A stretch of 64,000 bases of DNA. It comes from a virus. Under the pieces are notes generated by a model that saw nothing but the letters and a program-made list of their open reading frames with translations, did not search any database and was not told the DNA's origin. Positions 49,676-59,689 of the stretch are shown here, in pieces. The position numbers were made by a program, and so were the translations under genes. The stretch lies in IMG/VR virus record IMGVR_UViG_3300022602_000029, positions 129,747 through 193,746 of that record. The stretch is one strand, 5' to 3'. The first letter of the stretch is position 1; each line of letters begins with the position of its first letter.

Positions 49676-50058
49676 GATTATTTGAAGTAGAAGACAACGT
49701 AGCACAAAATCTCGTTGTCTTGCTTAGACAGCAGGTTGGTCGTACAGACAGCGTGAGCCACGACAAGGCTCCGCAGACACTAACTTATCCTGCTCTGGCC
49801 CATATGTTGAACATGATGGGATTCCCTGGCTTAACCAAAGAAAGCCTTAAACAGCTCTACGATAAAAATGATGAGTTGAAAAAAGTCATACGCGATCCTA
49901 TGCCTGCCGGACAAGACCCCAATGGTAAAGAAGCTGATTTGATAGTATTAAAAACAGCAGAAGAAAAAGAAAAAGATGTGCCAGCGACAGCAGGTGGCGG
50001 AAAGAGTGTAGACGCTATGGCTAAGTCTGGTGCTAACTATAAACCAGAATTGAGTTGA
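49672..50058 (+). CDS. hypothetical protein
   Basis: 128-aa ORF, MRLFEVE N-terminus. Confidence 0.65.
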   Translation: MRLFEVEDNVAQNLVVLLRQQVGRTDSVSHDKAPQTLTYPALAHMLNMMGFPGLTKESLKQLYDKNDELKKVIRDPMPAGQDPNGKEADLIVLKTAEEKEKDVPATAGGGKSVDAMAKSGANYKPELS

Positions 50059-50083
50059 CAAACCAATAAAAATGTAGTATATT
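50055..50083 (+). promoter_or_regulatory. sigma70-type promoter of the exonuclease
   Basis: TTGACA-17 nt-TATATT, 5 nt before ATG 50089. Confidence 0.75.
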
Positions 50084-50088
50084 CATGT

Positions 50089-50811
50089 ATGACATATACT
50101 CCACCTCCGTTCATCGAACGGTTCCAATACAAAAACTGTAAACAGATTAATGATCCCATAACACATAAACGTGTTTACCTTACTCCTGATGGAGAGAAAC
50201 TACCTAGTGTAACCACGATCCTGAGTGCTACTAAAGACATGACCCATCTTAATGAATGGAAGAAACGTGTTGGGGTAGAGAACGCACAACGGATCACTAC
50301 AGAAGCCGCAGGAGTAGGAACAGCCATGCATGCTAACCTAGAACGATTCCTTATAGGCGAACAGAGACAGCCTGGAAACAATGTGGTACATGTTCAGGCC
50401 AACAAGATGGCCGATCAGATCATCGAACAAGGATTAAAAGATGTAGATGAAGTATGGGCTATGGAACAGAGTTTATATTTTCCAGGGCTTTATAGCGGAA
50501 CTACAGATCTAGTGGCCGTGTACAAAGGAAATCCTAGCGTATGCGATTACAAACAAACCAACAAACCTAAGAAAGAAGAATGGGTAGAAGACTACTATAT
50601 GCAGTTGATGGCCTATATATTAGCACATAATGAAATCTACGGCACTGATATAAGAGAAGGACATATTTTTATGTGCAGTAGAGATTTCCAATATCAACAG
50701 TTTGATCTTTGGCCCAAAGATTTCAATCGCTGGCAAGATGCCTGGCTAAACAAGGTAGAAGAATATTATACTACAGGATTGCAAGGCCTAAAGCAAATGC
50801 TCACACAGTAA
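50089..50811 (+). CDS. PD-(D/E)xK exonuclease
   Basis: PSVTTIL, GTAMH, EQSL, GTTDLV, CDYKQT, QLMAY. Confidence 0.88.
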   Translation: MTYTPPPFIERFQYKNCKQINDPITHKRVYLTPDGEKLPSVTTILSATKDMTHLNEWKKRVGVENAQRITTEAAGVGTAMHANLERFLIGEQRQPGNNVVHVQANKMADQIIEQGLKDVDEVWAMEQSLYFPGLYSGTTDLVAVYKGNPSVCDYKQTNKPKKEEWVEDYYMQLMAYILAHNEIYGTDIREGHIFMCSRDFQYQQFDLWPKDFNRWQDAWLNKVEEYYTTGLQGLKQMLTQ

Positions 50812-50838
50812 GATAAATATCAAACTAGGGGATATTAT

Positions 50839-52578
50839 ATGGCTGTTATAGAGATTGCTAAGATACAGGTAAGAAGAGGTCAAGAAGGCCAAGTAGGAAT
50901 GCCACAGTTAGATAGTGGTGAGTTTGGTTGGGCTATAGATACACAGACCCTTTATATCGGTAATGGCAGTGTAGATGAAGGTGCTCCTGCTGTAGGCAAT
51001 ACCGAAGTAGTTACAGCCAATAACATATCAAACTTTTTCAATATCAAGGCTGCCTACAACTATGGTAGTAGCGCAGGAACTCCTTATAGCGTTGTAGGAA
51101 CTTTTCCTATCAACAATACTGTAACAAGGACCGTAGCCGGCAAACTAGATGATTTCGTAAATGTTATAGATTTTGGAGCCATAGCAGATTGGAATGGCAC
51201 ATCTGGCACTGATAACACAGCGGCGTTCCAAGCGGCTATATATAATATATATCTACAGAATCCTACTAACTCTATCAGTGACAAACCTCTAAGGATTCCT
51301 GCAGGACGTTATTATTTTAGTAGCACTGTCTATATCCCCCCTAATGTAACCATAGTGGGAGATGGTCCCGATAAAACTATCTTAGTCACTTCTTCAACGA
51401 ATGCCAATCTATTACAGTTGTGTGATGGAACCAGCTTAGGTTATGGAAACAATCCCTATATAGTTTTTATTCCTGGACAGAATAATATAACCAGCAGTGG
51501 ACGTCCTCAAAACATCCACATAGAAGGTATGACGCTGTCGTACAGCACAGCAGGTGCTTTACCTAACTATGTACCGTTGTTAAGCCTAGATTGCGCAACT
51601 AACTCTCAGATAATCAACTGTAAGTTTGCGGGAGCCTACAACGCCGGTAATATCGCCAACAGCGATTTTAATAATCAATATGATGGCTATGTGGGTATAG
51701 ATATACGTAGCCAAGGAAATTCTCCTAATGTGGTGGTAACTGAAAAAATCTTGATCGAGAACTGTGTTTTCTCAGGATTGAAATACGGAATCAAATCTAC
51801 ATATGACTGCTATGATATTATTATCAACAACAATATATTTGAAATATTGAATAGAGGTATCAACTGGGCTCCTAGCCTAGCGGTCTATGCTACACAAGGT
51901 CCTTTTAGATCTAGAATCACATCTAATATCTTCAATAACATCTATAATGAAGGAATATATGTAGGAGGCAGTAACGGAATATCAACCGATCATGTATCGA
52001 GTTTCAACTCATTCAATGGTGTAGGCATACACCTAAGCCAGAATGGCTATAGCGATCTAAATGCTGCCACTCCTGTGATAAGATTCCTGAGCCCTGGTAA
52101 CGTTTCTATCGAAGATAAGTTTTATAGAGACGATGCTATTAAAAAGACCAGTGTCATTCCTACTCTATATCTTCCTAATGTAGCAGGAAAAAATCTAGTT
52201 AGCAGTAATGTAGCTTATACGGCAACACTAGTTAATTCTCCAGGAACAAGTATTACACTAGTTAATATTCCGTATGCGTCTAACGATCAAATGATCAACC
52301 TACAGTATCTATATAGTGGAGCAGGAGTGAGTGGACATCCTCAATCCTTTGTCAGCAGGAAAGGTTCATTGAGTCTAGGTATATCTAGCATCATACAGTC
52401 AGCTACTGTGACAGACAACTTTACCTATTCTATATCTGGAGGTGGTTATGATCCAGAACCACTAGCAGGTCTACAGTTTACAGCATCGTTAAATACTATC
52501 ACAAACTATATAAACATTTCTTACACAGGCGCTTACATAGCCGGAACGATTGAATATCAATATAACTATATCGGTTAA
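50839..52578 (+). CDS. baseplate/tailspike-like protein with pectin-lyase-like beta-helix
   Basis: KIQVRRG...QLDSGEFGWAIDTQTLYIG N-terminus; VNVIDFGA...DNTAAFQAAI...IPAGRY beta-helix start. Confidence 0.75.
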   Translation: MAVIEIAKIQVRRGQEGQVGMPQLDSGEFGWAIDTQTLYIGNGSVDEGAPAVGNTEVVTANNISNFFNIKAAYNYGSSAGTPYSVVGTFPINNTVTRTVAGKLDDFVNVIDFGAIADWNGTSGTDNTAAFQAAIYNIYLQNPTNSISDKPLRIPAGRYYFSSTVYIPPNVTIVGDGPDKTILVTSSTNANLLQLCDGTSLGYGNNPYIVFIPGQNNITSSGRPQNIHIEGMTLSYSTAGALPNYVPLLSLDCATNSQIINCKFAGAYNAGNIANSDFNNQYDGYVGIDIRSQGNSPNVVVTEKILIENCVFSGLKYGIKSTYDCYDIIINNNIFEILNRGINWAPSLAVYATQGPFRSRITSNIFNNIYNEGIYVGGSNGISTDHVSSFNSFNGVGIHLSQNGYSDLNAATPVIRFLSPGNVSIEDKFYRDDAIKKTSVIPTLYLPNVAGKNLVSSNVAYTATLVNSPGTSITLVNIPYASNDQMINLQYLYSGAGVSGHPQSFVSRKGSLSLGISSIIQSATVTDNFTYSISGGGYDPEPLAGLQFTASLNTITNYINISYTGAYIAGTIEYQYNYIG

Positions 52579-53013
52579 ATGCAATACACAGAAGTAGAAC
52601 ATCAGCTCGATGATTGGGTCAGGTTTAGGCATGGCCTCGAGCAATCAGCCAATCCATTAGAAGAGATAGCAAACTATTGGAGCCGTATCAGGCTTATACA
52701 ATACAATCATAATATCGATCCATACTATGCCGCCAGTTGGCCAAATCCTTGGCAGATAATAGCAGAAGGACAATATGATGATTTAACCATAGCTATTATA
52801 ATCGGTTATACCATCAAGCTCACAGATAGATATAGAGATAGCAAGGTCGAAGTTAGGATACAAGTTGACCAAGACCGAACTAAAGTATATAATCTAGTAT
52901 ACGTGGATGACACTTACGTACTAAATTATGACAGGTACAAAGTAGTTAAAGCCCAAGATATCGATGATTCGTTTTTCATAGAAAATCAGGTTGTGCTAGC
53001 AAGGCCTAGGTAA
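52579..53013 (+). CDS. hypothetical protein
   Basis: 144-aa ORF immediately after the spike gene. Confidence 0.65.
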   Translation: MQYTEVEHQLDDWVRFRHGLEQSANPLEEIANYWSRIRLIQYNHNIDPYYAASWPNPWQIIAEGQYDDLTIAIIIGYTIKLTDRYRDSKVEVRIQVDQDRTKVYNLVYVDDTYVLNYDRYKVVKAQDIDDSFFIENQVVLARPR

Positions 53014-53068
53014 ATATTTTCCTAGGTAAGTCGATCCCAAAAGAATAATAACACACAAAAGGTAAAGT

Positions 53069-55417
53069 ATGACTACAGTTGTTAAGCGCAACGGAGAGAG
53101 AGTTCCATTAGATATTAGTAAAATACAGAGACAGGTGGCACACGCATGCAGGGGGATAGACGGAGTAAGTCCTAGCATGATAGAGATCAAGGCACAGATA
53201 GAAATACACGATGGCATGACCACAGAGACTATAGACGAGCTGTTGCTCAAGGCCATGGTAGACCTAATAGACGAAACAGAAAATCCAGAAATCAATAATG
53301 TAAACTATCAATATGTGGCCGGACGACAACGTGTCAGCATGTTGAGAAAAGAAGTATACGGTAGTTATGATCCTCCTAAACTTTATCAAATAGTTAAAAC
53401 AAATGTTGACGCAGGCATGTATACCACAGATCTCCTGACGTGGTACACGGAGGATGAATGGAACATCATTGATCTATTCATCGATCATACCAAAGATGAA
53501 GAATATACCTATGCCGCTATAGCACAGCTGACAGAAAAATATTTGGTGCAGAATCGTGCAACAGGACAGATATACGAAACACCGCAGGTGCGTTACGCTA
53601 TCGCGGCCGCTACTGCCTTCCATAATGAACCACAAGAAAAGAGATTGAAGTATGTTAAAGAATATTATGAATGCGCTAGTGATGGACATTTCACTCTTGC
53701 TACTCCTGTGCTCGCTGGGCTTGGTACTACTACTAAGCAGTTTAGCTCTTGTGTGCTTATTACTAGTGATGATACTCTTGACAGCATTTTTGCCGCCGGA
53801 GAAATGATGGCCAAGTATGCCAGCAAGCGTGCCGGCATAGGATTAGAGATTGGACGCATACGCCCATTAGGAAGCCCCATAAGGAATGGAGAGATCAAAC
53901 ACACTGGTCTAATCCCATTCCTGAAGAAATGGTTTGCTGATCTGCGTTCATGTAGCCAAGGTGGTATCCGTAATGCCAGCTGTACTGTTACATTCCCAGT
54001 CTGGCACGCACAGTTCGAAGATTTGATCGTTCTAAAGAATAATCAAGGAACAGAGGAAGTACGTGTAAGGCAAATGGACTATTCAGTAGTGGTCAACAAA
54101 ATGTTTTGGAATCGTTACAAGAAGGGAGAGAATATCACCCTATTCGATCCACATGAAGTGCCGGATCTGTATCAAGCCTATTATAGAGATAGTGAAGAGT
54201 TTGAAAGGTTGTATACAAACTATGAGAAGCATCCGACGATTAAAAAGAAAGTCCTATCAGCAGATGAGATATTCAAAAATGGAATACTTAAAGAGAGGAC
54301 TGATACTGGGCGCATATATCTTGTCAATATCGACAATGTCATCAGCCAGGGTCCATTTGATACAACGACAGATCCGATTTATCAATCAAATCTATGCCAA
54401 GAAATACTTTTACCCACGAAGCCTTTCCAACGTATTGAAGATCCAGAGGGACGAATTGCTCTTTGCACTCTTGGCAGTATAAACTGGGGAGCTTTTAAAA
54501 ATCCCCAGGATATGCGCAAGGCCAGCCGTATGCTGGTCCGTAGCCTTAGCAATCTATTGAACTATCAGGATTTCCTCAGCATACAGAGTGAACTAGCTAA
54601 TAAAGAGTTTGAACCATTGGGAGTTGGTATCACTAATCTAGCCTACTGGCATGCCAAGCGTAATCTAAAATATGGACAAAGCGAAGCACTGACAGAAGTA
54701 AAACGATGGATGGAACATCAGGCCTATTATCTAACCGAAGCCAGTGTAGAGCTAGCTGAAGAACGCGGAGCCTGCCAACGTAGTGAATATACCTACTATG
54801 GTAAGGGAGTATTTCCCTGGGAACGGCGCAATCCAGGAGTCGATGAACTAGTGGATTTCGCACCTAGCATGGATTGGGAACCACTGCGTGAAAGGATGAA
54901 ACTACACGGTATCCGTAACGCAACACTAATGGCTGTAGCACCAGTAGAATCTAGTTCGGTAGTGTTGAACTCTACCAATGGCATAGAAATGCCGATGGAA
55001 TTGATCAGCGTTAAAGAATCAAAGGCCGGATCGTTCGTGCAGGTAGTTCCAGAGTACAAACGTCTAAAGAGCCGTTACCAGTTGATGTGGGACCAAACTG
55101 ACTGTCTAGGATATTTGAAGACAGCCTGTGTGTTGGCAGCCTATATCGATCAAAGTTTGAGTACAAATACTTTTTACAATCCTGCCCATTATTCCGGCAA
55201 TAAGGTACCGGCGACTTTAATCGCCAAAAACCTTATGTTGGCTTACAAATGGGGATTGAAAACCATCTATTACAGCCTTATTAATAAGGTTGGTGCGAAA
55301 TCATCAGTAACTGGAACGGTAGCTGTAAATGGCGGTCATTCAGTACCGGTACTTACGAGTGAACCAATTACTGTGTATGCCGAAGAAGAAGAGGATTGTC
55401 TTGCCTGCAAATTGTAA
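53069..55417 (+). CDS. nrdA: ribonucleotide reductase class Ia alpha subunit with ATP cone
   Basis: VVKRNG ATP cone, QFSSCVL, SNLCQEI, LCTLGS, APVESSS, C-terminal CLAC. Confidence 0.97.
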   Translation: MTTVVKRNGERVPLDISKIQRQVAHACRGIDGVSPSMIEIKAQIEIHDGMTTETIDELLLKAMVDLIDETENPEINNVNYQYVAGRQRVSMLRKEVYGSYDPPKLYQIVKTNVDAGMYTTDLLTWYTEDEWNIIDLFIDHTKDEEYTYAAIAQLTEKYLVQNRATGQIYETPQVRYAIAAATAFHNEPQEKRLKYVKEYYECASDGHFTLATPVLAGLGTTTKQFSSCVLITSDDTLDSIFAAGEMMAKYASKRAGIGLEIGRIRPLGSPIRNGEIKHTGLIPFLKKWFADLRSCSQGGIRNASCTVTFPVWHAQFEDLIVLKNNQGTEEVRVRQMDYSVVVNKMFWNRYKKGENITLFDPHEVPDLYQAYYRDSEEFERLYTNYEKHPTIKKKVLSADEIFKNGILKERTDTGRIYLVNIDNVISQGPFDTTTDPIYQSNLCQEILLPTKPFQRIEDPEGRIALCTLGSINWGAFKNPQDMRKASRMLVRSLSNLLNYQDFLSIQSELANKEFEPLGVGITNLAYWHAKRNLKYGQSEALTEVKRWMEHQAYYLTEASVELAEERGACQRSEYTYYGKGVFPWERRNPGVDELVDFAPSMDWEPLRERMKLHGIRNATLMAVAPVESSSVVLNSTNGIEMPMELISVKESKAGSFVQVVPEYKRLKSRYQLMWDQTDCLGYLKTACVLAAYIDQSLSTNTFYNPAHYSGNKVPATLIAKNLMLAYKWGLKTIYYSLINKVGAKSSVTGTVAVNGGHSVPVLTSEPITVYAEEEEDCLACKL

Positions 55418-55464
55418 TTCTGTAACAAAAGAATAGTATATTATTCTTTTATGATAAATAAAGT

Positions 55465-56178
55465 ATGGATTACAAAAAACATTACGATCTGCTTATAGAA
55501 AGAAGTCAAAATAGGGTTTTAGAAGGATATACTGAAAGGCATCATATAATTCCTAAATGCCTTAATGGATCTGATGATGTATCTAATATTGCTATTTTAT
55601 CCCCTGAAGAGCATTTTTTAGCGCATCTACTTTTGGTAAAAATTTATCCAAACTGCCAGCCTTTAGTAAATGCCGCAATCATCATGACTACTCATCATAC
55701 TACGCAGAGAGCCAATAACAAATTGTTTGGGTGGTTAAGACGACGAGCATCAGAAGCAATGAAACAGCGAATAAAAGAAAACGGTCATCCCAGAGGCTTT
55801 TTAGGAAAAAAACATACAGGTGATGCTCTAGAAAAAGTAAAGTCTGCACAAAGGTCATCTGCTATTGCTAAAAGAGTTAAGATCTATGCGTATAATATGG
55901 ACGGAACTTTTTACAAAGACTATGACTCTATTAATGAGTGTGCTGACGATTTACAAACAAGCCCATCTAATGTAAAATATACAGCAGATGGAGAATTTAA
56001 GCACTGCCGAGGAAAACAGCTTAGGTACAATTATCAAGAGGTTATTGAAAAATACATTCATCCAAACTCTAATAAAAAATTAGAAAGTATTTGCCCGCAT
56101 TGTAGTAAAATAGGATCAGGACCTATAATGAAGCGTTTTCACTTTGATAAATGTAAACATAAAAGAGATAAAAAATGA
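55465..56178 (+). mobile_element. free-standing HNH homing endonuclease between nrdA and nrdB
   Basis: ERHHIIPKC...N...EEHFLAH HNH core, NUMOD-like GFLGKKHT and AYNMDG, C-terminal CPHC...HFDKC; own TAAATA at 55455. Confidence 0.85.
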
Positions 56179-57272
56179 GTAAAGAACAATACGACCTATC
56201 CACACCCACCAACTACTTAAAGAGACGCATGTTCCTTGATGGAACAGTTACAGTACAACGTTTCGAAGAATACCGACAACCTAAGGTAGCCAAATACGAA
56301 GAATTGGCAAGAGGTTTCTTCTGGGTGCCAGAAGAGATATCACTTACTAAAGATAAGATCGACCACAAGGAGGCCAGTGATGCTGTCAAGCATATTTTTA
56401 CTAGTAATCTACTCCGTCAGACTGCTCTGGATAGTATCCAAGGCCGCGCACCAAATCAGGTCTTTGGACCAGTAGTAAGCATTCCAGAGTTGGAAGCATT
56501 GATCAGTAACTGGAGTTTCTTTGAAACGAATATTCATAGCAAGTCTTATAGTCATATCATCCGTAACGTCTATGGTGTACCAAAGGATGAATTCAACAAG
56601 ATACACGATACAGCAGAGATAATCAGCATGGCCTCGAACATAGGCAAATACTATGAAGACCTGCATATACTAAACTGTTTTAAACAGGTCAGTCCCGGAA
56701 CTGTACAGGAAGACAGCCATATTAAAGCAATCTGGCTAGCACTTAATGCCAGCTACGCCTTAGAAGCACTGCGCTTTATGGTGTCATTTGCTACAAGCCT
56801 GGCTATGGTAGAGAACAAGATCTATATCGGTAATGGCAATATCATCAGTTTGATACTGCAGGATGAGATATTACACGCAGAGTGGACTGCCTTTATCATC
56901 AATCAAGTGGTTAAAGAGGATGAGCGGTTTGTCAAGGCCAAAGCTGAGTGCGAACAGGAAGTATATGACATGTATATGAGTGTTATCTCGGAGGAAAAGG
57001 CTTGGGCTGATTATCTGTTTATCAAAGGTCCTGTCATCGGATTGAATGCGGCTATATTAAAAGATTTCGTTGATTACACAGCATTCGCCCGATTGAAAGA
57101 GATAGGAATCAAATATGAAGCCGATCATCCTCGCCAAAGTCCTATACCTTGGTTCAACAAGCACGTAAATATCAATAAGAAACAATCAGCACTGCAGGAG
57201 ACCGAAAGCACCAACTATGTGATCGGTGTCATGAGCGATGCTGTTGAGTATGACGATCTACCAGATCTATAA
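56175..57272 (+). CDS. nrdB: ribonucleotide reductase class Ia beta subunit
   Basis: FFWVPEEI, ETNIHSKSY, EALRF, DEILH. Confidence 0.97.
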   Translation: MSKEQYDLSTPTNYLKRRMFLDGTVTVQRFEEYRQPKVAKYEELARGFFWVPEEISLTKDKIDHKEASDAVKHIFTSNLLRQTALDSIQGRAPNQVFGPVVSIPELEALISNWSFFETNIHSKSYSHIIRNVYGVPKDEFNKIHDTAEIISMASNIGKYYEDLHILNCFKQVSPGTVQEDSHIKAIWLALNASYALEALRFMVSFATSLAMVENKIYIGNGNIISLILQDEILHAEWTAFIINQVVKEDERFVKAKAECEQEVYDMYMSVISEEKAWADYLFIKGPVIGLNAAILKDFVDYTAFARLKEIGIKYEADHPRQSPIPWFNKHVNINKKQSALQETESTNYVIGVMSDAVEYDDLPDL

Positions 57273-57281
57273 GGAGTTAAA

Positions 57282-57512
57282 ATGAAAGCAATAGTTTGGT
57301 CCAAATATCATTGTCCGTATTGTGAGCAGGCAAAAAACCTGCTCAAGACAAAAGGATATGCTATCGAAGAGCGCAAAATCGGAGATGGCTATACGAAAGA
57401 AGAGTTATTAGAATCAGTGCCTAACGCTAGGACGGTGCCTCAGATATTCTTAGATGGAGCACTTATAGGCGGCTTCGATGACCTACGCAAACATTTCAAT
57501 ACGGTGATATGA
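57282..57512 (+). CDS. glutaredoxin
   Basis: CPYC, RTVPQIF, GGFDDL. Confidence 0.95.
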   Translation: MKAIVWSKYHCPYCEQAKNLLKTKGYAIEERKIGDGYTKEELLESVPNARTVPQIFLDGALIGGFDDLRKHFNTVI

Positions 57513-58030
57513 TGACCTGGTGGCCCACCGTGACCGATGGAAACAAAATCACCGTGACTGATAAGAGCGATGATAGTGCTACGGGTTTAATAGCTCAGAA
57601 TGTCAGTGACGTTTTACCAGAAGCGATCTTAGAAGATCTATTAACTATATCATCTACTACCGGTTCAGGATCAGGCAGCCTTTTAGGTAGTGGATTAAAT
57701 TCAACTTACCAGTGGAATACAGCTAATAACTATCATCAGGTAGTAGTCAATAATCAGCCTTCCTATGTCTATCAAACGAATGGTTATAGTAACATAACAA
57801 CCGGTACGCCCGGTATACGAGTCACAGGCGATGCTGAGTTTGATGGAGATGTCAAAATCAAAGGCGTCAACATCACTGAGACCATAGAAAAGATAAACGC
57901 TAGATTGGGTATACTGGTTCCTGACCCTGACAAGCTAGAACATTTTGAAGCACTCAAGAAAGCCTACGCACACTACAAAACTTTGGAAGCCTTATGCGAA
58001 CTTCCGATAGAAGAAAAAGATGACAAGTGA
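57509..58030 (+). CDS. hypothetical protein
   Basis: 173 aa; contains a GLIAQNVSDVLPEA S74-like fragment. Confidence 0.65.
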   Translation: MMTWWPTVTDGNKITVTDKSDDSATGLIAQNVSDVLPEAILEDLLTISSTTGSGSGSLLGSGLNSTYQWNTANNYHQVVVNNQPSYVYQTNGYSNITTGTPGIRVTGDAEFDGDVKIKGVNITETIEKINARLGILVPDPDKLEHFEALKKAYAHYKTLEALCELPIEEKDDK

Positions 58031-58175
58031 AGAGTTGAAAAAAATCACCGATCTAGAAAGACAGTTGAAACTTTTAACCCAACAGGTCTTTGAGTTAAAT
58101 AAACGCATGCAGTGGCTTGAGCGAGAAAATGGTCGCCGTAAAGCCGAGATACAACAAGCACAACGCAAAGGATAA
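58020..58175 (+). CDS. 51-aa coiled-coil protein (not in track)
   Basis: MTSEELKKITDLERQLKLLTQQVFELNKRMQWLERENGRRKAEIQQAQRKG; fills the gap and ends one base before the next ATG. Confidence 0.7.
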   Translation: MTSEELKKITDLERQLKLLTQQVFELNKRMQWLERENGRRKAEIQQAQRKG

Positions 58176-58176
58176 T

Positions 58177-58464
58177 ATGCTTTTACAAAAACAGATAGCA
58201 CCAAATGATGTAGTAAGCATCAAACTGATCAATGGAGATGAGTTGATCGCACGCTTCTTATCAGAAGATACCAACATGATAACTATTGAACGACCATTGG
58301 CATTGACTATGGGACAGCAGGGATTAGGAATGATACCTTGGGTGTTTCTAGGAGATCGTAAAGAGATGTCTCTAAAGAAAGATCATGTGTTTGTCATGGT
58401 ACCAGCAAAGAAAGATGCCGCCGACCAGTACATGGAAGGCACCACCGGCATAGCATTGAGATAA
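58177..58464 (+). CDS. small beta-rich (Sm-like?) phage protein
   Basis: VSIKLINGDELIARF...ERPL...PW; start moved to 58177. Confidence 0.6.
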   Translation: MLLQKQIAPNDVVSIKLINGDELIARFLSEDTNMITIERPLALTMGQQGLGMIPWVFLGDRKEMSLKKDHVFVMVPAKKDAADQYMEGTTGIALR

Positions 58465-58468
58465 TAGT

Positions 58469-59689
58469 ATGGCACTTCCAATCAGTCCCACTGCGAGTGC
58501 TACAGGTGCTGCCCCAGCAGTTGCCACCGGAGCTAGTTTCTTATCGGGCGTAGGAGCGGCGGCTTTAAATCCAGCTACCTGGGTAGCGGCGGCGGCCGCA
58601 CCGGCTATCGCAATAGGAGCGGGAGCAGTGTTAGGTGTTATAAAAGCAGTGCTTGGTCCATGGAGACTAGCTCCTGCCTTCAGTCTAACATTGGGAGGAC
58701 TGCCTGGTATGAAACAGTTATCAGGACTAGCCGCGATCAAACAGTTTACCAGTACAATAGCCACGGCGGCAAAACAGAGTCTGCAGGATTATAACAAGAT
58801 TAATAACCAACTGAGTAATGCCTTACTTTCTATAATAGGGTTAGGACCTAAGTCAACAAATGGAACTCCTGCCTCGGTTATTGGGGTCGATAGTACCAAA
58901 TACAACCCTTATCATATTCCTTTGAATAACGCATGGGTAGGTATGTCTTATTTTTCGACGGCTACGACTTCAACCGTAATATACCTGGCAGGCCATACAG
59001 GTACTTCGGTGGGATCTTATTGGTGGAATACAGTGGCACCAGCCTTTGCTAGTACCCTAAGTAATTCATTACAGAGTATATTTTATTCTGCAGAATTATT
59101 TACAGATGCCCTGTGCGGACTCAGTCCAGGTTCTGGAGTATTAACTATAGAGACTATAATCCAAGACAACCTAAATAGTCCAACTAGTATTATAACTGCT
59201 ACCACAGTATTGCCAGCAGGTAGCACCGCATCCTCAACATCTAGTATACTCGTACCATCCCTTCAGACTTTTGCAGCCACGATGTATTTTCCAAACTATA
59301 TCAATTCTGCTACAACCGCTCTCACTAATCTTTTGATTGATGCCAACACATCTACTACTACTCTTGCGCAACTTACAGCTGATTTTAGTTTTTTGAACTC
59401 CTGTACTCAAATTTTAAACAACATAGTGACGACAGATCTGTCTTACCAAACGGCTTATTTGAATCAAGGCGCACAGATCAGTAACGCCGGAAACACAGCC
59501 AACCTATTGAGCCAGATACGCCAAACACAGCCGTCCGGCACTACCGCTCTTTACCAAAGCATAATAGATCCTACGCAGTACCAGGCTATAAATGTTTTAG
59601 CCAGTATCAACGACCTAGCTTCCCCAAATACTGCCACTGTACAGGCCGCCCTAGCAACATTAGGTGTTTCTACTTCTACAAATAAATAA
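58469..59689 (+). CDS. Ala/Ser/Thr-rich putative virion or membrane-associated protein
   Basis: 406 aa, hydrophobic Ala-rich N-terminus. Confidence 0.55.
   Translation: MALPISPTASATGAAPAVATGASFLSGVGAAALNPATWVAAAAAPAIAIGAGAVLGVIKAVLGPWRLAPAFSLTLGGLPGMKQLSGLAAIKQFTSTIATAAKQSLQDYNKINNQLSNALLSIIGLGPKSTNGTPASVIGVDSTKYNPYHIPLNNAWVGMSYFSTATTSTVIYLAGHTGTSVGSYWWNTVAPAFASTLSNSLQSIFYSAELFTDALCGLSPGSGVLTIETIIQDNLNSPTSIITATTVLPAGSTASSTSSILVPSLQTFAATMYFPNYINSATTALTNLLIDANTSTTTLAQLTADFSFLNSCTQILNNIVTTDLSYQTAYLNQGAQISNAGNTANLLSQIRQTQPSGTTALYQSIIDPTQYQAINVLASINDLASPNTATVQAALATLGVSTSTNK

Noticed and set aside
50089-50811. Cas4/CRISPR-associated function for the exonuclease
   Set aside because: No cas genes or array, and no Cas4 four-Cys motif; an ordinary phage PD-(D/E)xK nuclease fits.
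52579-53013. Transglutaminase-like cysteine protease
   Set aside because: The protein has no Cys at all, so a catalytic triad cannot be supported.
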